This document shows, piece after piece, positions 25,009 through 38,000 of a DNA stretch of 64,000 nt (position 1 is the first letter of the stretch; each line of letters begins with the position of its first letter). The notes under the pieces were generated by a model. It saw only the letters and a list, made by a program, of their open reading frames with translations, was not told where the DNA came from and searched no databases. Source of the stretch: Haliotis rufescens (Eukaryota). The translations under genes and the position numbers were made by a program. The stretch covers positions 19,902,001 to 19,966,000 of the forward strand of contig NW_025963868.1 in assembly GCF_023055435.1 (NCBI RefSeq), read 5' to 3'.

Positions 25009-25058
<50 letters not shown>
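25009..25058. repeat. (TA)n microsatellite
   Basis: Directly visible. Confidence 0.95.
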
Positions 25059-25064
<6 letters not shown>

Positions 25065-25869
25065 AGTACTGGTTCACGTCATATGATTCAAGTAATTAGA
25101 TAAATTAATTGAAATGGTACTCAAATAACTAATGTCATCCAACAGTTATGCAAAGTTTTATTGGATTCTTGATGTATATATTATGTTATAGTAAATGCGT
25201 GATCAGTCAATGTGTAAAATGACATTTGAGAAATTTACAAAACGCCAAAATATTTAAGTTATTTTTCAATTATTTTCCTATTTATTTCTGAATTCAAAAC
25301 ACTTCAATGCTCTATTTCTTTACGCGGTGATTGAAAATGTTTAAAAGAAAACGAAAGTCAATGTATATTTTAAAATTTTCTTTTGCTTCTAATCCTAGCA
25401 ACATCAACGTCTTTTTGGATGCTTTTAAGACCTTTTGAACTTATCAATACCTTTCAGTCAATCTGGCGGGAAATTTCAGTCATTTTACACATTGTACACA
25501 TAAGTGTATGCTTGTGTGTATGTGCGTGTGTGTGTGCGTTTGCTTGTCTTAGTGTGGACCTTTATCAGTTTTATAGGTCTAGCTTACTGAGATAGCATGC
25601 TAGTTTAACATAGATATATGACGCAAATACTCGAATCTTGACAGACAATCCATGATTATTGACAACGATCCAAGCCGTTGTGGTACGATGACACACAATC
25701 AACCAAATCACTGACACTGATGACCCGATCCATTAATCGCCTCCTAGGATATACATGGGTGACTGAGGACAACACTCAATGGAAACTCCAAAGTGGTAAA
25801 CAGCTATTATGTAGCAGGGATGCAGGGGCTCCAGTCGCCTTATTTACTATATACATGTGGGGGAGCTCT

Positions 25870-26160
25870 TCAATTTCAGGCCATGTAACATTTTTTTGCA
25901 ATGTGATGACAAGCCACATGGTACCTTATAACCATGTGGTGAGACGTCTTCTATATCAGGCCATGTAACATTACAATGTGATGACAAAGCACATCTTACA
26001 TTATTACGATGTGATGAGAGGTCTTCAATATATGATGACAAAGCACATTTTACCTTATAACCATGTGGTGAGAGGTCTTCAATATATGATGACAAACACA
26101 TTTTACCTTATAACCATGTGGTGAGAGGTCTTCAATATATGATGACAAACACATTTTACA
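25870..26160. repeat. ~50-bp imperfect tandem repeat
   Basis: gatgacaaagcacattttaccttataaccatgtggtgagaggtcttcaatatat repeats ~5 times. Confidence 0.85.
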
Positions 26161-26425
26161 TGAGTAGATAATCTAAACTCAACTCCTTCAACTGATCATA
26201 CAGTAAGACAATTAAGCTACTCCATAGTTTACATAGTTAATCTCATGCCTATTGAACCTGTGCTGAGAGTAAGGTAATTTAGGTTAATTAAACGAAATTA
26301 TAACATATATACTCCCTAAACTGTGAGTATCCCTATGGGATATAACCTTTTAGTATGTACATTTTTAACATGGTTATGTAATACTCATGAAATACACAAA
26401 GAAACGTTACTTTATCATGTCTTAC

Positions 26426-26539
26426 CTCCTGATGTGCGACGCCTTCTTCTTATAAATAGAACGACGACTACACCGACGAGGACAACAACTGCACAGGCAG
26501 ACCCTGCAGCTATGTAAACAACAGTCCTGCCACCCAAGT
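26426..26539 (-). CDS. Gene A exon 4: transmembrane helix and basic stop-transfer
   Basis: ctgttcag|AC...GGA G|gtaag; (D)LGGRTVVYIAAGSACAVVVLVGVVVVLFIRRRRRTSG; phase 1-1. Confidence 0.85.
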
Positions 26540-26651
26540 CTGAACAGAGGAGAAATTACAATATCTTTATAAGGCAGTTATCGTCATGCCGCTGTCACCA
26601 TAATGATGATTGTGAATAGTAAATCATGAAGCGCTGGTCTCCGCGTCACGG

Positions 26652-27180
26652 CATCTTCCCGAGGCAAGGGCGTAAACTGACTAGAAAAGTCCAGTCCCCA
26701 CCCTTGCCGAAATAGGCTGCAATTTCCAGGCTCGATCGTAGCGCCACCAGTGGCTATTACAAGTTATGCCCCTTCTATGTCCCTCCTATTGACCAATCAG
26801 ATTCCATCACTCATATCACTTGCAGTTGCTTCCAACAAAATGGCGGCACCCAATCAAAACGATCTGATCGATAATCAAGATCCATATTTGTAATATGACG
26901 GGTCTTACGCCGCGAAGTGTATCAAATCACGTGAGCACCTTGATTAAAAACATGAAATGCAAAATATCTGTCGACGCCCAGTTGGCGGTACACACGGTTT
27001 GCAAATCCTGCAAACGACCGAAATCTGCACGTTGAAATCCATGTAGTTCCCTACGCGATTTTTGGACTATGCATAGACTCGTTAGTCCAGCCAAAATGTA
27101 ACTCCGGAATACCAGCCTAGTTCGGCAAGGGTGGAAACTGGACTTTCGTAGTCAGTTAACGCCCTTGCCTCGGGAAGATG
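26652..27180. mobile_element. 529-bp MITE with ~68-bp TIRs and 8-bp TSD (hAT/P-type)
   Basis: CATCTTCCCGAGGCAAGGGCG...CGCCCTTGCCTCGGGAAGATG; flanked by CGTCACGG / CGTAACGG. Confidence 0.85.
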
Positions 27181-27183
27181 CGT

Positions 27184-29237
27184 AACGGCGGCTGATAAGT
27201 GTGCACTCCAGTTGTATTCTGAACTCCATTGGATGAATACAACCAAACTGACATTTAGGCATAAGAAGGTTTTAAATTCACCCTGCCATCTCATCCTACC
27301 GGATACCCATTCACTGATGGCTTGAGGCAAATGTCGAAGACACATTATGATTATAACGCCGTCAACAAAATAATGATGATGAATGTGTTATTGTGATGCG
27401 CTGGACTCCACGTCACGGACTAGTGTACACTCCAATTGTATTCTGAACCCCCTGAGGAGAATACAACCATAGTGACTACAAGGCACAATGCGGTTTCGTC
27501 ATGCCATGTAACGATTCGATGCTGGGTGAACTTAAGCATATGTCTAACTTGAAAGACACCGTGTCTCGGTATGGGGTAGGATGGACGTCTTGTGTGAAAT
27601 ATCAGGAACCAGCCTTACTTGCTCAACGCCGCACTCAGCAATATTCCAACTAAATGACGGCGTTCTGTGAATACACGAGTCTGGATCAGACAATCCAGTG
27701 ATTGACACCACATGAGCATCGATCTACGCAATTGGGATACGATGACATGCATCTACCAAGTCAGTGAGCCTGACCACCCGATCCCGTTAGTCGCCTCTTA
27801 CGGCAAGAATGGGTTGCTGAAGATAAATTCTAACCTGAATCTTCACAGATGGTCAACCTTACTGGTTATAAAGTTTGACGGTGCTGATTGTGTGTCCAGG
27901 GGACCAATGGTGTGATGAGATATCAACTTGCTATACAGAGTTGCCTCCCTTGTTCTTCACTTTTGTTTTTTCTTCCACATTGACACATTGACACGCACTG
28001 ATACAACCGAATACTGCTCACAGCAGAGATAATTAACTCACTCACACAAACTCAAAATAAACAAAACAACGGCATTTATTATTATTTTGTTGTTGTTAAT
28101 GTAAATGTTTTTAGTCATCATTCGTCTTATTTACCGTTTTATGAATTACAATTTAGACCAATAATAGTACATCGCCATTTCGACCATTTCCCCAATTCTG
28201 ATTATGTTTCAACGGCGGCTGATAAGTGTGCACTCCAGTTGTATTCTGAACTCCATTGGATGAATACAACCAAACTGACATTTAGGCATAAGAAGGTTTT
28301 AAATTCACCCTGCCATCTCATCATACCGGATACCCATTCACTGATGGCTTGAGGCAAATGTCGAAGACACATTATGATTATAACGCCGTCAACAAAATAA
28401 TGATGATGAATGTGTTATTGTGATGCGCTGGACTCCACGTCACGGACTAGTGTACACTCCAATTGTATTCTGAACCCCCTGAGGAGAATACAACCATAGT
28501 GACTACAAGGCACAATGCGGTTTCGTCATGCCATGTAACGATTCGATGCTGGGTGAACTTAAGCATATGTCTAACTTGAAAGACACCGTGTCTCGGTATG
28601 GGGTAGGATGGACGTCTTGTGTGAAATATCAGGAACCAGCCTTACTTGCTCAACGCCGCACTCAGCAATATTCCAACTAAATGACGGCGTTCTGTGAATA
28701 CACGAGTCTGGATCAGACAATCCAGTGATTGACACCACATGAGCATCGATCTACGCAATTGGGATACGATGACATGCATCTACCAAGTCAGTGAGCCTGA
28801 CCACCCGATCCCGTTAGTCGCCTCTTACGGCAAGAATGGGTTGCTGAAGATAAATTCTAACCTGAATCTTCACAGATGGTCAACCTTACTGGTTATAAAG
28901 TTTGACGGTGCTGATTGTGTGTCCAGGGGACCAATGGTGTGATGAGATATCAACTTGCTATACAGAGTTGCCTCCCTTGTTCTTCACTTTTGTTTTTTCT
29001 TCCACATTGACACATTGACACGCACTGATACAACCGAATACTGCTCACAGCAGAGATAATTAACTCACTCACACAAACTCAAAATAAACAAAACAACGGC
29101 ATTTATTATTATTTTGTTGTTGTTAATGTAAATGTTTTTAGTCATCATTCGTCTTATTTACCGTTTTATGAATTACAATTTAGACCAATAATAGTACATC
29201 GCCATTTCGACCATTTCCCCAATTCTGATTATGTTTC
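27184..29237. repeat. Near-identical 1027-bp tandem duplication (27184-28210, 28211-29237), each unit with a minus-strand SINE family 1 copy
   Basis: Identical ORFs at 27712 and 28739; only one substitution seen by eye. Confidence 0.95.
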
Positions 29238-29380
29238 ATACTTTTTCCTTCAGCTGTGTGTCACACTTCTGAACGAAAATGTTTCATGCGATAAGTAATT
29301 ATTCATAGAAGAATGTCTTTATTTCAGTGGGACATGAGATATCAACCGTCATACAAATTTTACATAAGTTTTGTATTTAC

Positions 29381-29446
29381 CGTTATCTTTAGCTTCGCGG
29401 TTAGGAACTCGTGACAGATCAGCATACCTTCCAAGCCTTGCAGTAA
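29381..29446 (-). CDS. Gene A exon 3: short stalk
   Basis: ctgttccag|TT...AAC G|gtaaat; 66 nt, phase 1-1, open: (L)TARLGRYADLSRVPNREAKDN. Confidence 0.6.
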
Positions 29447-30139
29447 CTGGAACAGATCAGTGTAAGTTCATTGCAGTGAGTGTGTAAGTTGGGTTTAACG
29501 CCGCTTTAAACATGGCTCAGTTCTGCCACGGTGTTAGTTTAACGTGGAGAGCCCCAAATGACGGAGGTTCGAGACCTTAACGCACGTTCATGGGTATAGT
29601 GCTGACAAACTAGGGCCATGATCAGGGCGATACTGGGATTCGAACCCATGATCTTTAAGTTCTATCACGTGTTACGGGCGCAACACCAAATTCTGATAAC
29701 AGTATTGGAACAAAAATATTAAGACTGACAAGCCAAGGCTCCTGACACCTAAAATCACCAACATATTATCAAAGGGGTGAGATTGATATCAAATGAAATA
29801 GTTTGCTTCGTTTAAGTAAAAAGATCAATTTAACCACAAAGTGCATTACAAGAATGTATGAAAACAAACTACACGTTGAACACCCAGCATCCCTATACGT
29901 TCCGCATTCCTGCTACATATATCAGCGGCCGGTAAACAACCCAACCAGTGCTAGCCAAACCAGTGATTCATATTATGTGCAACACTGTACGTCGTACGAT
30001 GACACGCAATAAACCAAGTCATCTGGACTGACCAGCCTATCCACTTTCTGTCGCCTTTTACGACCAGAAACAGAAACAGTGCTGAGAGCCTCCTAGTCTA
30101 ACCTGTGTCCCAAACGGGTTCAGATCTGTCAACAAACTC

Positions 30140-30371
30140 TTTGTTTGTTAGTTGTTTAACGCCGCTATTACAGATAAATGACGGCGGTCTGTAAATAATC
30201 GAGTCTGGAATAGGCAATCCAGTAATTGACATCATGAGCATCGATTCACGCAATTTGGATACAATGGCATGCATCAACCATGTCAGCGAGTCTGACCACT
30301 AGATCCCGTTAGTCACCTCCTACCACAAGCAGCGGTTACTGAAGACCTATTCTAACCCGGGTATTCACGGT
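30140..30371 (-). mobile_element. SINE family 1
   Basis: Reverse complement of consensus. Confidence 0.85.
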
Positions 30372-30991
30372 ATCAACAAACACTGAATACCTATATTCAA
30401 CTGGTATCCAGTTAATGGAAATTCAATGTATGTATAATCCTAAACAATATACACACTGCGTAAATTGACTTGTGAACTGAAAACACATATTTTCTTTTCT
30501 TCATTTTCTAAGAAAGAAGACTGTGGATAATGTATACTGGTGGAAAAGCATCAACGCCAAATTAAACGTAGCAAAAGGAATGCGGAAAGTGCACGCAGAA
30601 GGCACACATGCATGTTGGCCACGATGGTTCCCGTGTCTTTGTCAATACATGACAATAGCGCACAAAGGCAAATGATGTAAGCCAGTGTTTTTCAAGGTTA
30701 TGTAATTTGTACAAGCAAACTGGTTATCTGGAAATGCGGCAATGTCGTGGAATACGTTATGTCAAAAGGGTTCATTATTGTGGAAGTACCCTTTACGGGC
30801 GGGGAAGATTGAACGTCAGTTTGAATTCCATCCATGGAGATCAATTTGGTAAATTACCGATTACGCTATTTGAATAGAGGCAGTGTCTCACTTACACACA
30901 CAACACTTATCACAACGCATAGACCTACCCGTCATACCTTGGAGCAAAGCCCTTCTTTAACAAACAACAACAACAACAACACTTGACTCAC

Positions 30992-31321
30992 GTAATGTAA
31001 TGTGGTTGCTTGTCTCGCTCTTCACAGTATCCTTACACCACCACACAGAGCCTCTGTCAATGGTAGCGTTGATCATGAGAGTCACATTGTGTTGGAGGAC
31101 ATTACAGCTGACACTGACACGCCCTGACAAGTACTTGCTATAGATGTAAGGGTTGGATATGGCCGCTTTACTGAAAGTGGACAGAGACTGCGTAGTACGG
31201 AAGATGACGTTATCATCCCTGAACCAGTATCGGTTCACTTCGCCCCAGCTACTGCTGCAGATCAGAGTGATGGCTTGTCCGTCGGTTGCTGTTGGTGGAG
31301 AACTTGTCAGTACGAGAGAAC
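30992..31321 (-). CDS. Gene A exon 2: V-set-like immunoglobulin domain
   Basis: ttttgtgtag|GT...TTA C|gtgagt; 330 nt, phase 1-1; GQAITLIC...YWFR...YLSGRVSVS...VTLMI...DRGSVWWC with 73 residues between the Cys. Confidence 0.85.
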
Positions 31322-31929
31322 CTACACAAAATGATATTAGAAACAAAAACTCTTGAAACATATTTTAGATAAATGATAATCATGGTTGTACCTACAAAAA
31401 TCATTTTGGTAGGCCTACTGCAATATACGTATAATAAGGATCATCATTTTATCATTTAAGCTGGTGGCGGTTGGGTAACCTTGTGGTTAAAACATTCGCT
31501 CGTTTGGCTGAAGGCCCGTGTTTGATGTCCCTAATAAGTACAATGTGTGCAGACACTTTTTGGTGTCCCTTGCAGTGATATTTTTTTAATAGTACTAAAA
31601 TCGGCTTAAAACTATATCCACTCACTAATTTAAGCTGACCTAATTATATTGTTTCTCGCTTCTGTTGGTACTATTTGAATTATGAATGTGCTCTTTAACA
31701 TCGTCGATAATGTGGTGTTTAAAATGTTCGCTCGTCACGTCGAAGACACGGGTTCGATTCCCCACATCTGGTGTTAAACATGTTAGACATTGAGGGAAAT
31801 ACATACATTCGCACACGGATATATAGATATTATGATGCTTACTGACAGTTAAATGTCTTATTCATGTGTGGTTTAAATGTTAAATAATGTACTACTAATT
31901 ACACGGTTCATGATTTTCATATAGGAACA

Positions 31930-32092
31930 CAAGCGTTTAAGAGTCCCGCTTGTATAGGATAAAATGTGAATTTGGCGCGATATGCATAGCACAATAAATG
32001 CACATTCATCCACTTCTGTTGTTTTGACAGTATTCTAGAAATAGATTTTAGTCATCGACTCAAAAGAGACAAGCGGGACTCTTAAACTCTTG
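31930..32092. mobile_element. Small MITE-like element with ~24-bp inverted termini
   Basis: caagcgtttaagagtcccgcttgt...acaagcgggactcttaaactcttg; no clear TSD. Confidence 0.65.
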
Positions 32093-32319
32093 CACATGTC
32101 ATAAATATGTATCTGTGACAAGTGAACATTAGTGCATTCTGTATTCGTTTTGAAAAATAATGCTGTCAATGAAAATTAATTTTCTTAACCTACTGAAGAA
32201 GAGAAATACTTCACACTTTGCACACTTAAAGGCTTCAAGGAATGTCTTGTTATTGTAACTGTCTACAATATGGCACAACTGTATAACGCACTAGGTATTA
32301 ATATAGAGGAAAGGCTTAC

Positions 32320-32389
32320 CTTCGAGTTTTATGAATTGAAGCAGGAACGCCAGCACGAACACGGCACTCTTCAACAATCTGCACCCCAT
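32320..32389 (-). CDS. Gene A exon 1: signal peptide
   Basis: MGCRLLKSAVFVLAFLLQFIKLE G|gtaag; phase 1 matches the Ig exon. Confidence 0.85.
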
Positions 32390-33909
32390 ACTTTCCAGTA
32401 TCAACATATGAATTTACTTACCTAATATAACAACTTTGATCTATACATTAATTACGAACGTGTGACATTCACCAACATTTGCGGGATAAAGACAAACAAC
32501 ACTTGCCACACCTGAGCGTCTCATCGCCCAATGAACTGACAGACGTGTGTACACGTAACAGTGAGATACGCATATTTCTGTAAATTCCCGTGTCCCCACA
32601 TCTAACTAGGACTTGGCTGTGTGGAAAAGCTATCAGTGTGTACACATCTTTGTATAGCTATATATTGAAAGGTCCAGAGCCACGAATGTTGATGACTTGA
32701 TGACATTGTTTTTCCTACTAGGAAGTTATGTTGGGTTTAATCTAGATTCGCCTTAATTCTACAAAAATGACATTTTTTTACCCGAGTAAGTGGCTGTTGT
32801 TATATGACCAATCAGTGAATAAGAAGAAAAACTGTTAAGCAACTGATCATAAATATTATACCGCATGTCGGCAAAGAAATGGTGCTTCTGTCAAATACAC
32901 GCCACATACAAATATAAACTGACATCCAACAATTAGGTCTGTTTATTCGCCAAAAATCATACGATCATATAGGTATGAATACGATTGTGTACACTGGATT
33001 GTTTGTTAAAACAAAATATTTATCCAGTGCGGTGTGTTTCAGTATTAGGACCATGACTAGAAATAAAAGTATAATCTATTAGCTGATCAGTTAAAGTTGT
33101 TAAACGCTGCAGTTTGATACATCCCAACTGTACACCTACTGTGAATACTATTTAGTGAGTCTGGACCAGACAGACCAGTGACCAAAGGCAAACACCTGTA
33201 CCATCGGGCTACAAGGTGTCGCAGTCAGCCAAGGTACAGAGCCTGACCACCCAACCCCCATAAAAACCCGGCAACATTGAGTGGGGTTAAATGTAACGTC
33301 GTTTAACAAATCTTAGGTACATTATGTTCATGAAAAACTATTTGGGGTGTTATAGTGTCCATGTTTTCGGCTATTGTAACATTTGACCCTGAACTAACCA
33401 GCTTGTCTGGAGGTGGGCCAACTTGTCACAGAAACGCATCACTTTCAGGAGCAGTCTGATATTCTCTGTCCTCTTTCTCTATGGAGGACGGCTCCAGCGG
33501 CAGCAATAACTGCAATTTAACATTTACGCCTTCTCCGCCAACGACTTGTGCAGCCAGTAGAACAAACTCACTCCGTCAGTCTTGTTGTTTGTGAGATCTA
33601 ATATAACCTATGGTATGTGGTATTTATCATATTTGTGAGCAGATATGCATACAAATCCACCTTTGATCAATAAGCACTATAGACGCGACAACGATATTGA
33701 CACCGGGTTATTATTTAAGCATAAACGTCAACACCAGTGTCAAGATTATCCCAAGAAACAGATTCCATTTAGCTCACAATGCAAAATGGCTGTGACGATT
33801 ATGTGAATGGATCACTGAAAATCAGTGGTGGCACCCGGGGTTCGCGGTAAGCATGTCCTGCCACTCGCCATTCACACAGGGAGTATAACAAGTAAGTGTA
33901 AACCATCCA

Positions 33910-34072
33910 ATTGGGATCCGGGTAAGAATCTACATCCCCCACTAACCTAAGCTTGTCGCAATAGCGTGGATCGATGCTCATGATGTCGATAACTGGGTTG
34001 TCTGGTCCAGGCTCGATTATTTATAGATTGCCGTCATACAGCTGGAATGTTACTGTGTTGAACAACAAACAA
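33910..34072 (+). mobile_element. SINE family 1, internally deleted
   Basis: gatcgatgctcatgatgtc...ctggtccag...ccgtcatacagctgg. Confidence 0.75.
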
Positions 34073-36254
34073 TACACGTAAACCATGTTTAGAGAAAAAC
34101 ATGCCTGTCATCTGTTGCACGTGTTGCCACACGATTACAAAAAAACACAGCATGAATCACGTGAATCACGTGCAGGACTATGACAGACGATACACTTCTC
34201 AGTTTGATCGTGACTGAAATAGCATCGTGAAAAAGACATACCTATCACTAATCATTAATCATTTTGTTTGATCAGCTCGATCTGGAAAAGACCTAAAACG
34301 AATGACATATTCGATTTTGATATCGAGTTAGTGGTATCTTTATGTAGTATGGAGAGTAATGATAATATATTCATCTACCCTGAAACAGGTCATGAACCCT
34401 CATTTTCTATTACAGCAACGGATGCTAAAGTCCCGGACCGCATCTCGTTACTACGAGGCATATTCTAGTTGCTGTACAAACCTGAACTTGGAGAAGCGAT
34501 GCTGATTTTATCTCGGAATTCGTGAACGTAAGTAAGCGAGTGATGTTTAGGAAACGCCGCTATCAACATTTGTGAAGCTAGAACACAGTCTGCAAATAAT
34601 CTTTTCCGGCCATGCAAACTAGTGATTGATAGCATGAGCAGCGGTCACAACAGTTGTCTACGGATGACACACAATCAACCGGGTCACATATGATATCCAA
34701 CTTTACCTTTGATCGCGTGTTTATGTTGGAGGGGTGGGGTGGGGGTGGGTTACCGTACTTATGTTGTGGGATAACGTCTCTGATCTCTGCTGCAATGGTC
34801 TTTCTTGCGGATTAAGCTGACACACCGTGATTTAACTATAATACTGTTCAAATGGCGTTAAACCCTTCTCACTTCCTTATGATAACAACAGTCAAACAAC
34901 CCTGTGGGTCATCGCTGGATCAAACTCCAATTAATAAAGGAATAGCCGGGATACCAAGCAACCTACAACGTCAAAACGAATCTTATCTCATGTGTATACA
35001 TGTTTCTATATAGGCACACGGAGTTGGGTTTAAACACGTTTACAACGTTCATTGTGAGCGCATACATTGTACATCCGGATAACTGTGGTGTCGAGAACAC
35101 CTAGAGATACCAAGATGTCGTTGTGATGCAACCAGACGTGACTAAACAGCTGACGTAATGCACCCTGAAAACTTCCGAAGAGGTAGTATGCTATAAACAA
35201 ACCAATTATATTATCTTCAAAGAATGACTCCTCGTGATTGAATGTTGTCTGGCCGCCCTACGTAGGAACAATGTGTAGTTGTTCTCACTGGCAAGGCCTC
35301 TCATAAAACAAAGTTTATATGTCAGCATCACTACATTAATTGTTGAATCAAAGAACTTGGTACAAGTGACATATCAAAACATGCCACGTATAAGGCCAAA
35401 ACCACGCGGGTGTTCGATTCATGACATGGGAATAATGTGTGAAGCCCATTTCTGGTGTCCACCGCCGTGATATTGATGGAAGATTGCTAAAAGCGGCGTA
35501 AAGTTAAACGCACTCAATCACAAGAGCACCATACAAATCCATACAAAGAGAGATATATTGACGGGTCCAAATGTACCAGCAAATCCATGCCTCACAGATT
35601 TTATAACAAGAATCCTTTTTTTCAATCGACTTTACAGTAACAGAAAGTATTTGTGACAAGTGGAATTATTTCTAAAATAGTCAAGGATTTGCGTGACCTT
35701 TTGCAATCCCAGAACACAACACAGTTTAATCATGTCAGAACATTTGATTTTACAAGTTTGTAAGCACTATCCCACAAGCTTAACTGAAGGAACTTCCTTG
35801 AGCTACGGGGCATTTGTTACTAAGCGAGGTGTTCATATATACATACAGTTGCATCTCCATCTTCAGGAGATGAAGACAAACACGAACACAACTGTCATCT
35901 GAAGTTTATTGAGATAACAATATGTGAAATGCTGGACTTGCTCATAAATTACACACATCCATGTGGAACTTATGGATATGACATTTAGGCAAGAAGCTGG
36001 CATCATTTTTGGCACCAACTATGTTCACCTTTCTGTTTATATGTTTTTGTATGCCATTAAATCGAATTTCTGCTCTGATTGGCAAAATGAAAACACGGAA
36101 ATTTGGCCAAGAAGTTTAACTTTAAAGCTTCAGGTATATCGATTATCTGATATTGTTCAATAACCACCAAATGGTCTATTCCCGTCCACTGATTTACCCA
36201 CCTGAACTAGATCTAAAATCGACTAGTGAAACCGCCTCATCAAAGACCTATGTA

Positions 36255-37758
36255 TACTGAGAGGCACAAATAACGCATACTCAAATTTAAGTGTCAATAA
36301 TTTTTTACTGAAATGAAATCTACAAATGACAATCAAAACAAATGACTAATTAAAGATTACACTGATGAATTTCATGAACAGTTAGTGTGTGACAAAGAAT
36401 TAATGTCTATGAAAATGACGTCAAAGGCGAGTGGTGTCAATAACGAGTATGTCCTCCTTGTGCAGCAATGCACGCTTGAAGCCGGCGAGGCATTGAGAGA
36501 CACAGTCGACGAATTGCAGCCTGAGGAATACGTCTCCAATGATGCAGAAGAGCTTGAGTCAGTTGTGGAACCGTCTGTGGAGGATTTTGTTGACGTCGGA
36601 CACGGCGGCCAAGTTCATCCCACAAATGTTCTATAGGGTTCAAATCTGGGGACCTTGAAGGTCAGTCCAACACATTAACGTTGTTCTGTTGCAAGAAGGC
36701 GTCTGTTATCCTGGCAGTGTGAGGCCTTGCATTGTCATGTCGAAAGACATGGCGACGTAAACCACGTTGAGTCAGTAATGGCAGCAGAACAGGCTGTAGA
36801 ACGTTTACGATGTAACGTCTGGCATTAAGGTTCCCCTGAATAACAACAAGATCCGAGCGGAAATTTGCATTGATTTCTCCCAAAACCATAACACCTCCAC
36901 CTCCAAACCGATCACGTTCAATAACACATGGTTGTGTAAATCGTTCATGTTGGCGTCGGTATACACGTAAACGTCCATCAGGGTAGCTGACTGTGAAACG
37001 TGATTCATCAGAAAAAAACAACTTGTCACCAATCTCTACCACCGAGATGACCTCCACCAGCTGCCCATCGCTGCCGTGCTAGCCTGTTTGCCTGAGTCAA
37101 GATTTGTCCACGGTAGGGTCGTCGACCCCTCAAATTCCTGGCAGCAAGACGACGACGCACTGTACGGTCACTGATGTGTCTTCCACGGAGACCAATGGTT
37201 GCATATGCCGTTGACCTGGCAGACGTGAAGCGATTTCTGAGGTGGCTGTTAACGATTTGACGATCTTGTCTCTGTGACGTCACAGGCGGTGCACCTGGTC
37301 GAGGACGGTCCCTTACGCTGCCTGTGGTTCTGAACCGCTCATGTAATCTCGATATTATCGTTTGATGGCAATGGAAATGAACAGCAACTTGTTCTTGGGT
37401 ACGACCAGCATTTAACATCCCCATGCTTCATTACGCTGATCTTGCGTTAACCGTGGCATTGTGTAGGCAAGTGACGGCAAACTGTCATGTTTTGCATTTA
37501 TAGGGTCTACCTTTGAGGTTTGCACGTGTATCATGCCTTTCACAAAATGTGCATCGATAGCAGCATTCCCAGTGGTGTGTTGCGTTTTGGTGATTGGCTT
37601 CGTTTCCAGAAACAGTTTTTGTTTGCAACCCATATGACATGTTTACAGTAATAACCAACAATGGACAGTGTCAACAAGGTAAAATGTAAACGGACCTCAT
37701 ATGTTCTTAAAAAAATTATATCTTAAAATTGAGTATGCGTTTCTAATGCCTCTCAGTA
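36255..37758 (-). mobile_element. Full-length Tc1-like transposon 2 (transposase 37459-36437, several frameshifts)
   Basis: TIRs TACTGAGAGGCA...AACGCATACTCAA at both ends, TA TSD; FSDESRF, HDNARPH, DLNPIEHLW, GGHTRY*. Confidence 0.95.
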
Positions 37759-37819
37759 TATAATGACTAGGAGTGACAGAAAGCTCTGTATGACAAGAGG
37801 GATGACTTCAACTTTCCAA

Positions 37820-38000
37820 GTCAACTTTCCCTTTATGTTGAGTAGTATTCCAGCAGCTCCAGACTTTGGTGTCTTTTGAGGTACAATCGAGTATGCTCTT
37901 TCTGTGCATATTTCAAACGACTCTTGCTCATACATTTTATCAGGGTTACATCATTCAAGGTCACAGGAAAGTTTTTAAAACTATTTATGGTAGACATGTT
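37820..38000 (+). pseudogene. Penelope-like retroelement fragment (post-RT region)
   Basis: SSIPAAPDFGVF...QGY...FKTIYGRH resembles SNIPAAPAYG...QGY...KFYGRH. Confidence 0.55.
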
